A stretch of 64,000 bases of DNA from Phoronis australis (Eukaryota > Animalia > Phoronida), in the NCBI GenBank assembly GCA_002633005.1, contig NMRA01000889.1:1-64000 (forward strand). The letters are read 5' to 3'. Numbering within the stretch: position 1 is the first letter of the stretch; each line of letters starts with the position of its first letter. The notes under the pieces were generated by a model that was given only the letters and a program-made list of their open reading frames with translations, did no database searches and was not told where the DNA came from. The position numbers and the translations under genes were made by a program. Below are positions 63,101 through 64,000 of the stretch, piece after piece.

Positions 63101-64000
63101 CAGTATATACACCAATAAATGCTTAATTTGAAGTTCCCGGTATTTTTTCCCTGTTTCTAATTATAGCGACATTTTCGGATAGAAAAGTGTTTTTCTAGGA
63201 TGAACCCCGTGGCCGTTTCCAACCTGGAACCTTCGTGGTCACAGGTGGTCTGCTATTGCAGCTGAATCCCACTTGATAATTGGCAGAGGATTTGACGTGT
63301 ATTGAACTGATAAAGTCACGAGCCTTGATTTCATCGAATGTCTAGCAGACAACGGCGAGAATTGGTGATTTGTAATGAAGTCACGAAAAATAGATTTTAT
63401 TCTTTTATAGCTCTGATCAAAGCTAACGTGTTTAAAAAGTGCATCCCATCCACCAATTTTTCCATAAATGAGTTTTTAAGCTCATAAACGATTACACAGT
63501 GTCCCCTTAAGTCATGTAAGAACTATCTTGAGTATTTTGCAAAGGAAATCGTGCTAAATGCGTAATAAAAGCTGTTCTATCTGAAATTACGTTGTTTAGA
63601 GTAAAATGAAACATTGTGGCAGATGTCAAGTACTTGAGACTATTGGCCCTTTCCCATACAGTTAACTACTATCGAAGCTTCGATGTTAACTATGGTTAAC
63701 TGCGTCAGTGTTAACATCATTTTTGGAGCTAGTCAGAAAACTACTTCGGTCATCCTTTGGTGTTTTTGTCCTTGCCACCAAAAGTGGCAACAACCTCTCA
63801 CTCTGCCCAAATGGAACTACAACCCCCAACTTCACAAGGCAGCCAATGGTCGTCATGTTGGGATGAAGACGATGTTCTAGTAGATGACATATCGAAAACT
63901 TGACATGGGTAGGGTAACACTTGATTCCAACAAAGGCTTTGTGTTTTTTGATTTTTAAAAGGTTGATTCCCTTGCTGCAAATATTCTAGGCAGTGTGAAC

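Overview
Eukaryotic, AT-rich, intron-rich animal DNA; the repeat and gene content suggest a marine invertebrate, possibly a lophotrochozoan (inference). Three genes are supported. (1) A KCTD7/14-like BTB/POZ gene on the minus strand (main exon 5335-6012, probable 9-nt first coding exon 8945-8953). (2) DDX1 DEAD-box/SPRY helicase on the plus strand, head-to-head with it: 16 exons traced from ATG 9388 to 33761, then a >30 kb intron with no recognisable downstream exon in the window. (3) A rhodopsin-like GPCR with non-canonical motifs (56116-57174, minus), apparently nested antisense in that intron. The introns are dense with DNA-transposon derivatives: two TTAA-flanked Kolobok-like THAP elements (one also carrying a convergent P2X7-ballast/KolX-like Cys-rich ORF and nested in an older fold-back element), Helentron/HINE-like elements whose ~145-bp subunits each carry a CTCF-consensus motif, a second HINE-like element rich in YY1/ETS motifs, two TA-flanked mariner/pogo-type MITEs, a spliced THAP12-like fossil in the KCTD intron, a decayed hAT zinc finger, palindromic MITEs and minisatellites. 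There is an assembly gap at 30232-30718 and a single N at 41012. All calls are by eye; no searches were run.
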